In this document: positions 50,833-61,051 of the stretch, piece after piece | Layout: the number at the start of each line of letters is the position of its first letter | Position numbering within the stretch: position 1 is the first letter of the stretch | Source of the DNA: Coleofasciculus sp. B1-GNL1-01 | GTDB lineage: Bacteria > Cyanobacteriota > Cyanobacteriia > Cyanobacteriales > Coleofasciculaceae | Length of the DNA: 64,000 bases | Strand: one strand, 5' to 3' | Assembly: GCA_040220235.1 (NCBI GenBank) | Contig: JAVJTO010000070.1 | Notes under the pieces: model-generated | The model's database searches: none | Seen by the model: only the letters and a program-made list of their open reading frames with translations | Told to the model about the DNA's origin: nothing | Program-made: the position numbers and the translations under genes

Positions 50833-53331
50833 ATGGCTAACTTTACACTCCAGTTACTACATGCGGCTGACCAAGAAGGGGGAATCCCAGCGATAGACGA
50901 CGCGCCCCGCTTTTCGGCTGTTCTCAACGCCCTGAAAACGCAAGATATTGATGGTATTCCTGGGGTTGACTTTCCCAATACCCTGGTTTTATCGTCCGGA
51001 GATGCCTATATTCCGGGTCCCTTTTTCTCCGCCAGTAGAACCGCGTTTGGTGGTGCTGGACGAGGCGATATCTTAATCCAAAATGAGTTAGGCTTTCAAG
51101 CGATCGCCTTTGGTAACCACGAATTTGACCTGGGTACGGGTGCGATCGCGGATGTGATTGCGGCGGATGGTGATTATCCGGGAACTCAGTTTCCCTATCT
51201 CAGCGCCAACCTGGATTTTAGCCGTGATGAAAATTTAGCACCCCTTGTGGTTGAGGATGGACAAGAAGCCGATACCATTCCGAACAGTATTGCTGGCAAT
51301 ACCATTATTACCGTTAATGGGGAACGCATTGGTGTTGTTGGTGCGACGACGCCAACCTTACCTCAGATTTCCTCTCCCGATGATGTCGGCGTTGCGCCGA
51401 TTGAATTTGATTCGGCTAATCCCGCCGATATTCAGGCGTTAGCCACAGAAATTCAAGACTCGGTCGATACCCTGCTGACCAATAACTCGGATATTAACAA
51501 AGTTATCCTGCTGGCGCACATGCAGCAGATTGGGATTGAAGCACAACTGGCTACCGCTTTGGCAGATGTAGACATTATTGTCGCTGGCGGTTCCAATACG
51601 CTGCTAGCTGATGAAACGGATCGCCTTCGCGCTGGCGATGAAGTGGAAGGTGCTTATCCGATTCTCAAGACAGCAGCTGATGGGAATCCCGTTGCTGTAG
51701 TTAACACCGATGGGAACTATAAATACGTGGGTCGCTTGGTGGTTGACTTTGACGAGAACGGTGTAATTATTCCGGATAGCATCGACCCTACGATTAGTGG
51801 TGCTTACGCCACCGATGAGGAAGGCGTCGCCGCTGTGGGTGGGACTCCTGACCCCGATATTGTGGACATTACCCAGACGTTGCGGGATGTCATCGCCAGC
51901 CAAGAGGGTAACATTTTTGGCAATACCGAAGTCTTTCTTAATGGAACACGCAGCGATGTCCGCACCCAAGAAACTAATTTGGGAAATCTTACCGCCGATG
52001 CGAACCTGGCGATCGCGCAGGAGTCTGACCCCAGTGTGGTGATTTCCCTGAAAAATGGGGGTGGGATTCGGGATAACATTGGTGTCGTCACCTATCCTCC
52101 TGGTTCAACAGATCCCGAAGATATACTCAAACTCCCGCCCCAACCCAATCCCCTCGCTGGTAAGGAAGAAGGAGATATTTCTCAACTGGATATTTCCAAC
52201 TCCCTCCGCTTCAACAACGGGTTAACCTTAGTCACTGTCACCGCCCAAGAACTCCTAGATATTATTGAACATGGCGTTTCCCAGACAGAACCCGGTGCAA
52301 CACCGGGACGGTTTCCCCAAGTTGGGGGGATGGCGTTCAGTTTTGATGCCGATTTGCCAGCGGGCGATCGGGTTCAATCCTTAGCGATTCAAGATGGTGA
52401 TGGGAATGTCACCGATGTGGTTGTTGCCAATGGTGAACTAATTGGCAATCCCGATCGCAGCTTCCGTATGGTCACATTAGCCTTTCTCGCGGGTGGTGGT
52501 GATGGCTATCCTTTCCCCATGGGAGACTCTGCCAATCAAGTCAACTTGGCACAAGCCGACGATGCACCTCGCACAGGGGTAGCCACGTTTGTGCCGGATG
52601 GTTCTGAACAAGATGCGTTAGCGGAGTATTTGGCAGACAATTATAGCCAAACGCCCTTTGATAATAAAGATGTACCTCCTGCACTCGACACTCGCATTCA
52701 AAACCTAGACGTTCGTAGCGATACCGTCCTCGGTGAAGGCGCGATCGCGGGAACGGATGGGGCAAATACCCTCGTCGGTACCCCAAATCAGGATTTAATT
52801 CTCGCCTTTGCTGGGAATGACCTTGCTGCTGGTGAACTCGGTGATGATCTGATCCGAGGTGGCGATGGTGATGATGTACTGCGGGGAGACCGGAATAGCC
52901 GCAGCGCCCAAGTGGGTGAAGCTGGGGGTGATGATATCATCTACGGCGGTGCAGGGAGCGATCGCATCGGGGGTAAGAGTGGTAATGATACTCTATTTGG
53001 TGAAGCTGGTGATGATCAAATCTGGGGCGATGATGGCGATGATATTATTTATGGCGGTCTGGGTAATGACACCTTAACCGGTGATGACTTCTCTGGTGGT
53101 CAAGGGAGTGATACCTTTGTGTTGGCTGTGGGAGAAGGAACGGACACCATTGTTGATTTTGAAGTGGGAACTGACGCGATCGGTTTGGCGAATGGTCTCA
53201 CCTTCGGTCAGTTGTCCTTTAGTGAACAAGATGGGAATACCTTAATTAAATCCGCAGATGATACGGTGTTGGCTATTCTCAATCAGGTAAATGCTGATAG
53301 TTTAACTGAGACTTCTTTTCTGGTGATTTAA
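50833..53331 (+). CDS. 5'-nucleotidase/metallophosphatase with C-terminal RTX Ca-binding repeats
   Basis: QLLHAADQE, SSGD, GNHEFD, ETNLGNLTADA, NGGGIR, GGDGY; GGxGxD repeats; no signal peptide. Confidence 0.9.
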   Translation: MANFTLQLLHAADQEGGIPAIDDAPRFSAVLNALKTQDIDGIPGVDFPNTLVLSSGDAYIPGPFFSASRTAFGGAGRGDILIQNELGFQAIAFGNHEFDLGTGAIADVIAADGDYPGTQFPYLSANLDFSRDENLAPLVVEDGQEADTIPNSIAGNTIITVNGERIGVVGATTPTLPQISSPDDVGVAPIEFDSANPADIQALATEIQDSVDTLLTNNSDINKVILLAHMQQIGIEAQLATALADVDIIVAGGSNTLLADETDRLRAGDEVEGAYPILKTAADGNPVAVVNTDGNYKYVGRLVVDFDENGVIIPDSIDPTISGAYATDEEGVAAVGGTPDPDIVDITQTLRDVIASQEGNIFGNTEVFLNGTRSDVRTQETNLGNLTADANLAIAQESDPSVVISLKNGGGIRDNIGVVTYPPGSTDPEDILKLPPQPNPLAGKEEGDISQLDISNSLRFNNGLTLVTVTAQELLDIIEHGVSQTEPGATPGRFPQVGGMAFSFDADLPAGDRVQSLAIQDGDGNVTDVVVANGELIGNPDRSFRMVTLAFLAGGGDGYPFPMGDSANQVNLAQADDAPRTGVATFVPDGSEQDALAEYLADNYSQTPFDNKDVPPALDTRIQNLDVRSDTVLGEGAIAGTDGANTLVGTPNQDLILAFAGNDLAAGELGDDLIRGGDGDDVLRGDRNSRSAQVGEAGGDDIIYGGAGSDRIGGKSGNDTLFGEAGDDQIWGDDGDDIIYGGLGNDTLTGDDFSGGQGSDTFVLAVGEGTDTIVDFEVGTDAIGLANGLTFGQLSFSEQDGNTLIKSADDTVLAILNQVNADSLTETSFLVI

Positions 53332-53357
53332 CGGATTCATCCCACGCTGTATTTTAT

Positions 53358-54644
53358 TCAGCGTGGGGTACTGATCGCCGGATCAGCTAATGTGCCTTCA
53401 TCCAAAGATACGAAAAACTCTCTGATCTTTTCGTCTCGTAAGTTCAACCATTTCTCTAAATGTCTGCTGTAGGCTTTCGCCTTGTCTTTCGCATCCGGGT
53501 TATTCAATAGCACCGTTATTGCCTGGTTAATCTTATCTGGATTAATAGTCGTTCGACGGATTCTCTTGGCAAACCCTTTTCGCACCAGACAGTCGAGATT
53601 GTATTCTTGTTCGTACATCATTCCCACCCCGACAACGGGTTTACCCGCCAACGCCGCAGTCATGACGGTGCCAATACCACCATGAATCACGGCGATGTCA
53701 GCCAGCCGATTCACCTGCAAAGCAGGTAACCAATCGGTCAGAAGCACACCAACCGGAACGTTTATATTTAAACCTTCTGTTTTTCGCTGCATCGGGGAAA
53801 TCACATTAAAGGGTTGATCCTTAAACCCTTCCACTATGGCTTTAATTACAGAAGGTCGTCCCGAACTACCCATGGAAAAATAGACCAGAGGTTTATCTTG
53901 ATTCACCCATTCAAGTACCGCTTGGGGGATTTCTTTATCCAAGTTGGCAATTAATGGACCAATATAATAGTCGGATTGGCGTTGTTTTTCTAATCCGGAA
54001 AAGTCCTCGGGTTCAGCCAATAAATTGTAATCGCCTTGCCAAAGTTCGTAGATGTCTTTGAGGGGCTGAACTTGATACTCCTGTGCTACTGTATTCAACG
54101 GTTTGAGAATCGCCTTGCTGAAATAAGCAACAGCCCGCTTGGTTAACCATTGCAACATAGTGTCTGGTAGGTGTCTGATCAGGGGACGCTCAAGATCATC
54201 CATATAGGAACCCAATCCCTGATCAATCATCGCTTCAATATCCCAGGTGGATTGTGTCAGCCACACCAAGGGTATCTTTGCCACACGACAGGATAGGGTT
54301 ACCGTGGTATTGAAGCCTGTAATCGCGGCGAGAGGACGCAGGTTTTGCAGGAATGCTACTTCATTTTTTACGCGATCGCGGGTTTCTGCTAACGAAAAAA
54401 ATGATCCCAGTTTTTCTCCTTGATCAATCTGATAGAGATGCTCGATTTTCGTGGGGGTCAGGCGAGGCGATAACTTCGTCAGCGCAAATCCTGCATCTTC
54501 AATGAGTGGTTCAAACTGTCCTCCGTAGCTAGCAAAGTGTAGATCAAACCTGGGACGACATGCTTTTGCCACTTCCAGTGTTCGCGTGGTTTCCGCTAAA
54601 TTCCATGTGGCTGGGAAAAAGACTAAACGACTTCGTTGCATCAT
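53358..54644 (-). CDS. GT-B glycosyltransferase (GT1-like)
   Basis: NLAETTR, PLVYFSMGSSG, DWLP, HGGIGT...AGKPVVG...EQ..N. Confidence 0.85.
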   Translation of the reverse strand: MMQRSRLVFFPATWNLAETTRTLEVAKACRPRFDLHFASYGGQFEPLIEDAGFALTKLSPRLTPTKIEHLYQIDQGEKLGSFFSLAETRDRVKNEVAFLQNLRPLAAITGFNTTVTLSCRVAKIPLVWLTQSTWDIEAMIDQGLGSYMDDLERPLIRHLPDTMLQWLTKRAVAYFSKAILKPLNTVAQEYQVQPLKDIYELWQGDYNLLAEPEDFSGLEKQRQSDYYIGPLIANLDKEIPQAVLEWVNQDKPLVYFSMGSSGRPSVIKAIVEGFKDQPFNVISPMQRKTEGLNINVPVGVLLTDWLPALQVNRLADIAVIHGGIGTVMTAALAGKPVVGVGMMYEQEYNLDCLVRKGFAKRIRRTTINPDKINQAITVLLNNPDAKDKAKAYSRHLEKWLNLRDEKIREFFVSLDEGTLADPAISTPR

Positions 54645-54819
54645 CTATTACCCATTGTTTCATTTAGTTGATTAAAAAAATTGTATATTCATTTAAAACT
54701 ATTACAAACAAACCCTTTTTAACCGAATAATAATAACGAGTTAAACTTGCACTAGGAGTATTTACTTAGAGAGGTCGATCTTTCCAGACACGTTCAATAA
54801 GCATTCTAGGAGTAGCTTT

Positions 54820-56838
54820 ATGGTAGGTTACTTTACCTTACCCATGTCAGAAACTCTAATTCGTGACGCTTATTTCCTGAAACAGATCGACGGCAAAGAA
54901 CCAGCAACCGATTCAGCATCCGCCGCCACCGCGATCGCCACAGGGCAGAAAACCGATGCTGGTAACATTGCTTGGTTAACGGGTGATCCAGCCGATGGTG
55001 CATTAACGACAATTGCGGAAACATTACGCCGTGACCAAGGCTTCTCAATCGGTGTCGTTAGCACCGTACCCTTCAGCCACGCCACACCTGCGGCGTTTGT
55101 CAGCCATAACGTTAATCGTAACAACTACTTGGACATCGCCAATGAAATCATCAACACCACTCAGCCTGATCTGGTGATTGGTGGGGGTCATCCCAATACC
55201 TATGGTCGTTTTCGCTATCTCTCAGAGTCGGATTACAATGCGCTGAACTCCGGTGACGCTGGCTATACCTTTGTGGAATGGACAGCCGGTGTTGATGGCG
55301 GCGATGCTTTACTGACAGCCGCCGAGACTATTGATGTTAATGCTGGGGAGAAACTCTTCGGCTTGTTTGGTGGTGAGGGTGGCAATTTCGATTTCCATCA
55401 GGTGTCTGATACCCCAGGGAATCCATCCGTCACTCCCGGTAGTGTGGAGAATCCCACGTTGACGGAAGCAACGAATGCGACGTTATCGGTACTCAATCAA
55501 GATCCCGATGGTTTCTTCGTCATGTTCGAGCAGGGGGATATCGACTGGTCAAACCACGGTAATAACTTTGAAACGATGATCGGCGGGGTTTGGGATTTAG
55601 ACCAAGCCGTGCAAGCCGCAGAAGCGTTTATCGCTCAACCGGGCGATGATTTGGACTGGTCTAATACGTTAATGATCGTCACCTCTGACCATTCCAACAG
55701 CTATCTCCGCAACAAAGAGGTACTAGGTAAAGGTGACTTACCGCAGCAGGTGGAAGCCAGTGGGGAGGGTAGTTATGGCAGTCCCTGGCTGTATCCGAAT
55801 GGGGAAGTCTCCTACCACACCACGAATCATACCAATGAACTGGTAACTTTGTCCGCTCGTGGTGCAGGTGCGGCGTCGTTCTCGGAGTATGCGGGTTCCT
55901 GGTATCCGGGGACAGATATCGTGGATAATACCCAGATCTATCAGGTGATGGATCAAGCCACTCAAGACGGGGTGGAACATCTGATCCTGTTCATCGGTGA
56001 CGGGATGAACATTGAGCATGAAATCGCCAGTAGCCGTTATTTGTATGGAGAAGATAATGGACTTGCTTGGCATGACTGGGGTGAACTGAGTGATGGCTGG
56101 ACGGGCTTCTCGTCTACCTGGGATGTGACGACCTATAACAAGTATGCCTCGGTGCATGACTTACCGGCGTATGACGCCACTAACTTTGACCCGACACTGG
56201 GTTACGATCCAGACATCGGCGGGGTTGAACCCGGTTATCCCGAAGGTAGTATTATCCAAGCCAGTTCTGATGGTGACACGCTGGTTGGTGAGGTTGACCT
56301 GGATGACTTGATCGTGGCGAGTGACGGTGATGATACCGTTGCTGGCGAGATGGGTCATGACATCATTGTCGGTAAAGACGGTGACGATGTACTGCGGGGC
56401 GATCGCAACAGTCGTTCTTCTGGCGGTCAAGTCGGCGGGGATGACGTGATTTACGGTGGTAACGGGAATGACCGGATTGGCGGTAAAGGGGGTGATGATA
56501 TCCTCTTGGGTGAAGACGGCGACGACCAAATCTGGGGTGATGATGGGGATGATATCCTGCGCGGCGGTTTGGGTCATGATACCTTGACTGGTGATGACTT
56601 CTCTGGGGGTCAGGGGCGTGATACCTTTGTCCTGGCTGCGGGCGAAGGAACCGACACGATTGTTGATTTCAATGTTGGTGAAGATTTCATCGGTTTGGTC
56701 GGAGACCTGACATTTGGACAATTAACTATCGCTCAGGATGGCGAAAATACGCTGATTGGGTTAGACAACGAAACGTTGGCAATTCTGAATCAGGTGGATG
56801 CGAGTAATCTGACTCAGGATTATTTCGTAGCGGTCTAA
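54820..56838 (+). CDS. PhoA-type alkaline phosphatase, circularly permuted, with RTX tail
   Basis: TDSASAATA at aa 30-38, HATPAA, EQGDIDWSNH, TSDH, NHTN, then LILFIGDGM at aa 388-396; AGGAG RBS. Confidence 0.88.
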   Translation: MVGYFTLPMSETLIRDAYFLKQIDGKEPATDSASAATAIATGQKTDAGNIAWLTGDPADGALTTIAETLRRDQGFSIGVVSTVPFSHATPAAFVSHNVNRNNYLDIANEIINTTQPDLVIGGGHPNTYGRFRYLSESDYNALNSGDAGYTFVEWTAGVDGGDALLTAAETIDVNAGEKLFGLFGGEGGNFDFHQVSDTPGNPSVTPGSVENPTLTEATNATLSVLNQDPDGFFVMFEQGDIDWSNHGNNFETMIGGVWDLDQAVQAAEAFIAQPGDDLDWSNTLMIVTSDHSNSYLRNKEVLGKGDLPQQVEASGEGSYGSPWLYPNGEVSYHTTNHTNELVTLSARGAGAASFSEYAGSWYPGTDIVDNTQIYQVMDQATQDGVEHLILFIGDGMNIEHEIASSRYLYGEDNGLAWHDWGELSDGWTGFSSTWDVTTYNKYASVHDLPAYDATNFDPTLGYDPDIGGVEPGYPEGSIIQASSDGDTLVGEVDLDDLIVASDGDDTVAGEMGHDIIVGKDGDDVLRGDRNSRSSGGQVGGDDVIYGGNGNDRIGGKGGDDILLGEDGDDQIWGDDGDDILRGGLGHDTLTGDDFSGGQGRDTFVLAAGEGTDTIVDFNVGEDFIGLVGDLTFGQLTIAQDGENTLIGLDNETLAILNQVDASNLTQDYFVAV

Positions 56839-56858
56839 TACTACTACCAAGTCCAAGC

Positions 56859-56960
56859 AAGATCCCCGACTTCTCCAAGAAGTCGGGGATCTGGGATAAA
56901 TAGATAGTTCCCTGTTCCCTACTCTCAACCGTTAACTTTAAATGAAAGTCCGACTACTTA
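56859..56960. repeat. AGATCCCCGACTTC palindrome plus a TAAGTAG-type MITE end
   Basis: AGATCCCCGACTTCT/AGAAGTCGGGGATCT; degenerate copies at ~12173 and ~45125. Confidence 0.75.
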
Positions 56961-57104
56961 CTCATTAGGATTAGGTAATTTATAACTTCTTTACTTTTTC
57001 AGAAAAAATAATTGAGTTATTTTTTTAAAAAACTGTAACAAAAAATACATTTTAAAAAAGAAAAAATACAATAGAAATTGCCTGGATTATTATGGAGTAA
57101 ATTG

Positions 57105-57719
57105 ATGAAAGTTTTACGCATACTTGTCGCTGGATCTGTTGGTGTGGGTAAGTCTAGCTTTGTGCGAACCGCTAGTGATACTGACTTCATAGAAACCGAG
57201 CGCTTAGCTACGGATTCCACGTCCTTATTGAAACCACAAACAACCGTTGCCTTTGACTTTAACCGTCTGGTACTCAGTCCGGAAATAGAACTGCACATCT
57301 ACGGCACTCCGGGTCAATCTCGCTTTGATTTTATGTGGGATGTGTTAATCAAAAGAGCTGATGCCTATATTCTGTTAGTAGCAGCCCATCGTCCAGATAA
57401 TTTCCCATTAGCTTATGATATTCTCTCCTATATGAATCAGCGCGTGCAAATTCCAATGATTGTTGGTTTAACTCATACGGATTGTCCAAACGCCAGGGAA
57501 GTAGACGAAATTATTAGAGAGTTGGGCTATCTCGATGAAGAAAAATCCCCCATCGTGGTGACTGTGAATCCGACTAACATAATTTCCGTGATTGAATCCC
57601 TACTAATGCTAAAGTCTCTTATCCTGCAAGAGGATGACTTTTGCCTGGATCAATCGTATCACTCAGTAGTGCGTCCCTCTTCGGTTAGTGACCAAACACC
57701 TCATTTCATTCTTCGGTAA
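57105..57719 (+). CDS. Small GTPase (ATP_bind_1/MglA/conservon-D-like)
   Basis: GSVGVGKS, TTVAFDF, YGTPGQ.RFDFMW, THTD; GGAG RBS before ATG 57105. Confidence 0.88.
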   Translation: MKVLRILVAGSVGVGKSSFVRTASDTDFIETERLATDSTSLLKPQTTVAFDFNRLVLSPEIELHIYGTPGQSRFDFMWDVLIKRADAYILLVAAHRPDNFPLAYDILSYMNQRVQIPMIVGLTHTDCPNAREVDEIIRELGYLDEEKSPIVVTVNPTNIISVIESLLMLKSLILQEDDFCLDQSYHSVVRPSSVSDQTPHFILR

Positions 57720-57930
57720 GTTTTAGTCCAACCCAGTCGATAAGCGTTTCAGTCTGTGACCCCTCTTTCTGACAGATACTCGACAACGGGAAACCAAGAC
57801 AGCCTTGCACTTTGCTGTGTAGTTCTCTTTCTGTACGTCTTTAGAACTATCTTCATTTATTTAAGCTCTCATTTTGGCAGCAGGCAAATTTTCATATAAA
57901 CTTTAAGATTAATCGTATATAGGCAGGAAC

Positions 57931-59136
57931 TTACTCCTTGTACAGATAGCGCACTCCTAAATGTTGGGCGATTTTTTCCAAAAGCACTTCCTCATGGAAA
58001 GGCTGACCGATAAAATCATTGCAGCCAACTGATAAAACCTGGGAACTGTCTTCAGAAGAAGCACTAACAAACAAACCAATAATCACCGTTGCTTGTTCTT
58101 GAGAAAAACTGCGGCGGAACTTCTCCACAGAGCGAATTCGGCGAGTAGCTTGATAGCCATCCATTATCGGCATTCGCATATTCATGAAAATTAGGTGAGG
58201 CAAATAGCTGGAGCGAATGTCCACTGCTTCCTGACCATTTTCAGCTTCGCGAACACAAAAGCCGATCGATGTCAGCATCTTGACCAAAAAAATCCGCATC
58301 TGTGGACGATGTTCAACTAGCAAAATCCGATACTGGGGTTGATCGGGTGCTAGTCTAATCACCTGGCGATTGTTTTGAGAAGTCTTAATTTTATCGGCTT
58401 TGGCAATGGCAATCTGATTATCAAACGCCGATGTTGTGTTTTTCCCCAACAGAATCTGATCAAGTAATTCCGAGAGATGTTCCCCTGAGTGCTTTATTAC
58501 CCCTAAATAGTGCTGGTGTTCAGGAGAAAGGGATGATTCGCGGCTCATTAGTTGGGTGAAGCCTAGGATAGTACTCAGAGGCGTGAGCAGTTCATGACTC
58601 ATGTTAGCTAAAAATTCACTTTTCGCCCTGTTCCCTGCATCAGCCGCTTCTTTGGCTAGGGCGAATAAGCGGGATTGAGCTAAAAGCAATGCCTGCATAT
58701 TCAGCAACCGTCGCTGCCCATCTTCCCATTTAATCATAATCGGCTCATAAGCTAACGATGCGGGACGATTGAGCGCTAAGTTTACGGCTTTTTCTATGGA
58801 ACAAATGTTACTCAGTAGCAGGTACTTTTCGGCTAATTTTTCGGCAGTGAAAATCCCTTCAGTTTTGGCAATCATCTTCCACAATGAGTGAATCGGGCGT
58901 TTGAGGAACGTTTCTAACCCATAGGGGCGACTGAGCCACTCAAAGAATTGCGTTCTGGAAATCACGCCGATAATTTGATTCGCATCTGTAATTATAACGC
59001 CAGGTAGTTCTGGATGCTGCTGGAATTCTTGGGCGACAACCTGACCTAATGTGGTTAATTCCACTTGAAAGTCATGGCTAGGGAGGTGAGCCAAGGTTGA
59101 ATCCAGCGTCAGCTTATCTAATTGTTGAACAAGCAC
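57931..59136 (-). CDS. CBS-like + HisKA + degenerate receiver protein lacking HATPase
   Basis: PGVII...IGVISR, FLANMSHELLTPL, then directly ILLVEH...IFMNMRMP. Confidence 0.75.
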   Translation of the reverse strand: MLVQQLDKLTLDSTLAHLPSHDFQVELTTLGQVVAQEFQQHPELPGVIITDANQIIGVISRTQFFEWLSRPYGLETFLKRPIHSLWKMIAKTEGIFTAEKLAEKYLLLSNICSIEKAVNLALNRPASLAYEPIMIKWEDGQRRLLNMQALLLAQSRLFALAKEAADAGNRAKSEFLANMSHELLTPLSTILGFTQLMSRESSLSPEHQHYLGVIKHSGEHLSELLDQILLGKNTTSAFDNQIAIAKADKIKTSQNNRQVIRLAPDQPQYRILLVEHRPQMRIFLVKMLTSIGFCVREAENGQEAVDIRSSYLPHLIFMNMRMPIMDGYQATRRIRSVEKFRRSFSQEQATVIIGLFVSASSEDSSQVLSVGCNDFIGQPFHEEVLLEKIAQHLGVRYLYKE

Positions 59137-59490
59137 AATTCTAATTCAGTTTTTTTAGGGTTGACTCAAATCAGGAGATTGATGCACTTGATTGACGTTG
59201 TGAGGGGTTTAGTTACGATAATTTTTATGGTTTTGAATTAAATTAATTATACCAAATGCATTTTATTGATGGAATTGACTTAATACAATTTTTACGGGAA
59301 TAGCTATATTTTTTACCCTGGCTTTTTAAAGTTAAAATTGAATTAATTTTAGTTTAACGCCTAGTTGTTATAAAAATTTTAGCTAGCGCAAGAATGTCTG
59401 TTCAGTAATAAGTAGTCGGACAAAATTAAAGTTGACGGTTAAGATTGGGGAACTCACGGGCGGGGAACAGGCGTCAACTCAACCTACAAC

Positions 59491-60675
59491 CTATTCGACA
59501 AAAAGCCCAATCAGCAAGGCTATAGGCGCTGCGAGTAATATCCACATCGTCTGTGGCAAACCATACTGTTGAGCAACCCAACCCAGGGTAAGCGGTATTA
59601 AACTACCCACTAAACCCGCCAGGTTGTTTAGCGTCATCACTGTACCACTCTGCCCCAGCATCGCTGTGTACAGTCGCCCCTGAAGAATTGAGTACCAACC
59701 TGAATTCAGGAAACCCAATAAACCAAGAATAACCAGCTTGATCGTGATATTGGATATAACCAAAAAAGCTGGATAAAGAAACAAAACCAGGATGGCGCTA
59801 AATCTCAAATACTTTAATCCCCGCATCCGTTCGAGTAAAGGAATCAGCGAAAAATCGCCCAATAAGCCAACCCCTAACCAGACGGTGACAGCCAAGCTGG
59901 TTTGCGTACTGGTTGCGCCGACAACATCAACAAAATACAGGGCTAAAAAACCATGCAAAACATCTAGCATTAAATCCGCAAGTTGTAATAAGGTTAACCA
60001 ACGCCGTACTTGAGATCGTTTTAAGGCATTGATGGCATGATGGATACCCTGGTTGAAGCTGTGCAGGGGTTGCTCAACGGTAGCGGATGCTGTTGCAGGT
60101 ATAATCGGATAGTTCCACAGTATTTTTACCAGTAATACCGTGAGTACCGCCAATCCGAGAAACACACGTCGCCAAGTTTGATCAAATGCGATCGCACTCG
60201 CTAAAATCAAGGGTCCAATCACGTTTCCCACCGAACCCGCCAATGCCCAACGTGCCATATTATACTCGTGGTGTGTGGGTTCCATGTCCATTAACGTTGC
60301 TTGAGAAAGACTGACAAAGCCGCCCGATGCGGGATAAAATAAGACCAGCGCGGCTAATAATCCGAAAAAGTGATCACTTAGGGAAATCAGGACGAGCGCG
60401 ATCGCAAACGCCATCCCTCCCCCTAAAATTAATTGCCGTCGCTGACCTAAATCGGCTAAAATACCCAAGATTGGCTCGATCAGGCTACTGACGATAGTGG
60501 GTATGGTTAGCAACAGTCCCACTTGCAGGTATGAAAGATGCAACTCATTACGAATCAACGGATAGGCTGCACCCCACACGCCATCCACAAGTTCGTCTAA
60601 TCCTTCAATTGTCAGGAAAATAATCGTTAATCCAATTACTGTTCGAGTCGGTTTATTTTTACCATCCAATGACAT
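59491..60675 (-). CDS. MFS transporter
   Basis: About 12 TM segments; GILADLGQRR motif A. Confidence 0.85.
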   Translation of the reverse strand: MSLDGKNKPTRTVIGLTIIFLTIEGLDELVDGVWGAAYPLIRNELHLSYLQVGLLLTIPTIVSSLIEPILGILADLGQRRQLILGGGMAFAIALVLISLSDHFFGLLAALVLFYPASGGFVSLSQATLMDMEPTHHEYNMARWALAGSVGNVIGPLILASAIAFDQTWRRVFLGLAVLTVLLVKILWNYPIIPATASATVEQPLHSFNQGIHHAINALKRSQVRRWLTLLQLADLMLDVLHGFLALYFVDVVGATSTQTSLAVTVWLGVGLLGDFSLIPLLERMRGLKYLRFSAILVLFLYPAFLVISNITIKLVILGLLGFLNSGWYSILQGRLYTAMLGQSGTVMTLNNLAGLVGSLIPLTLGWVAQQYGLPQTMWILLAAPIALLIGLFVE

Positions 60676-61051
60676 CGTGAAATTCTCCCATCCTTAAAAT
60701 TTGTTCACCAGCGCCACATCTTCACAGCGTTGGTGATGGGAGGGGGAATCCACGAACAAATCCTCTGCCTTATCTCGTAAGGCAATCGTGGGTTGGATTG
60801 GGTTCTAGACGCTTACCAAGGAGGAAACATTTTCAGGCTACGGTATGGAAATTATCTGTAATTATCTGAACATGATATCATCCTTTTTTACCTTTGACAG
60901 GGCGAGGGCGCAACGCTTGGCGAGGGCGCACGTCGGTGCGCCCCTACGGGAACTTCAGGTTAAACAGCGATCGCACTTCTTTTGATAACAACGATTCACT
61001 ACTTACCCCATTGCTCTTTCTTTCTGCTTCGCTTATTTCTGCCGAGCTGCA

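Noticed and set aside
54718..54747. Pho box upstream of the permuted phosphatase
   Set aside because: The middle repeat (AATAATAA) does not fit the consensus.
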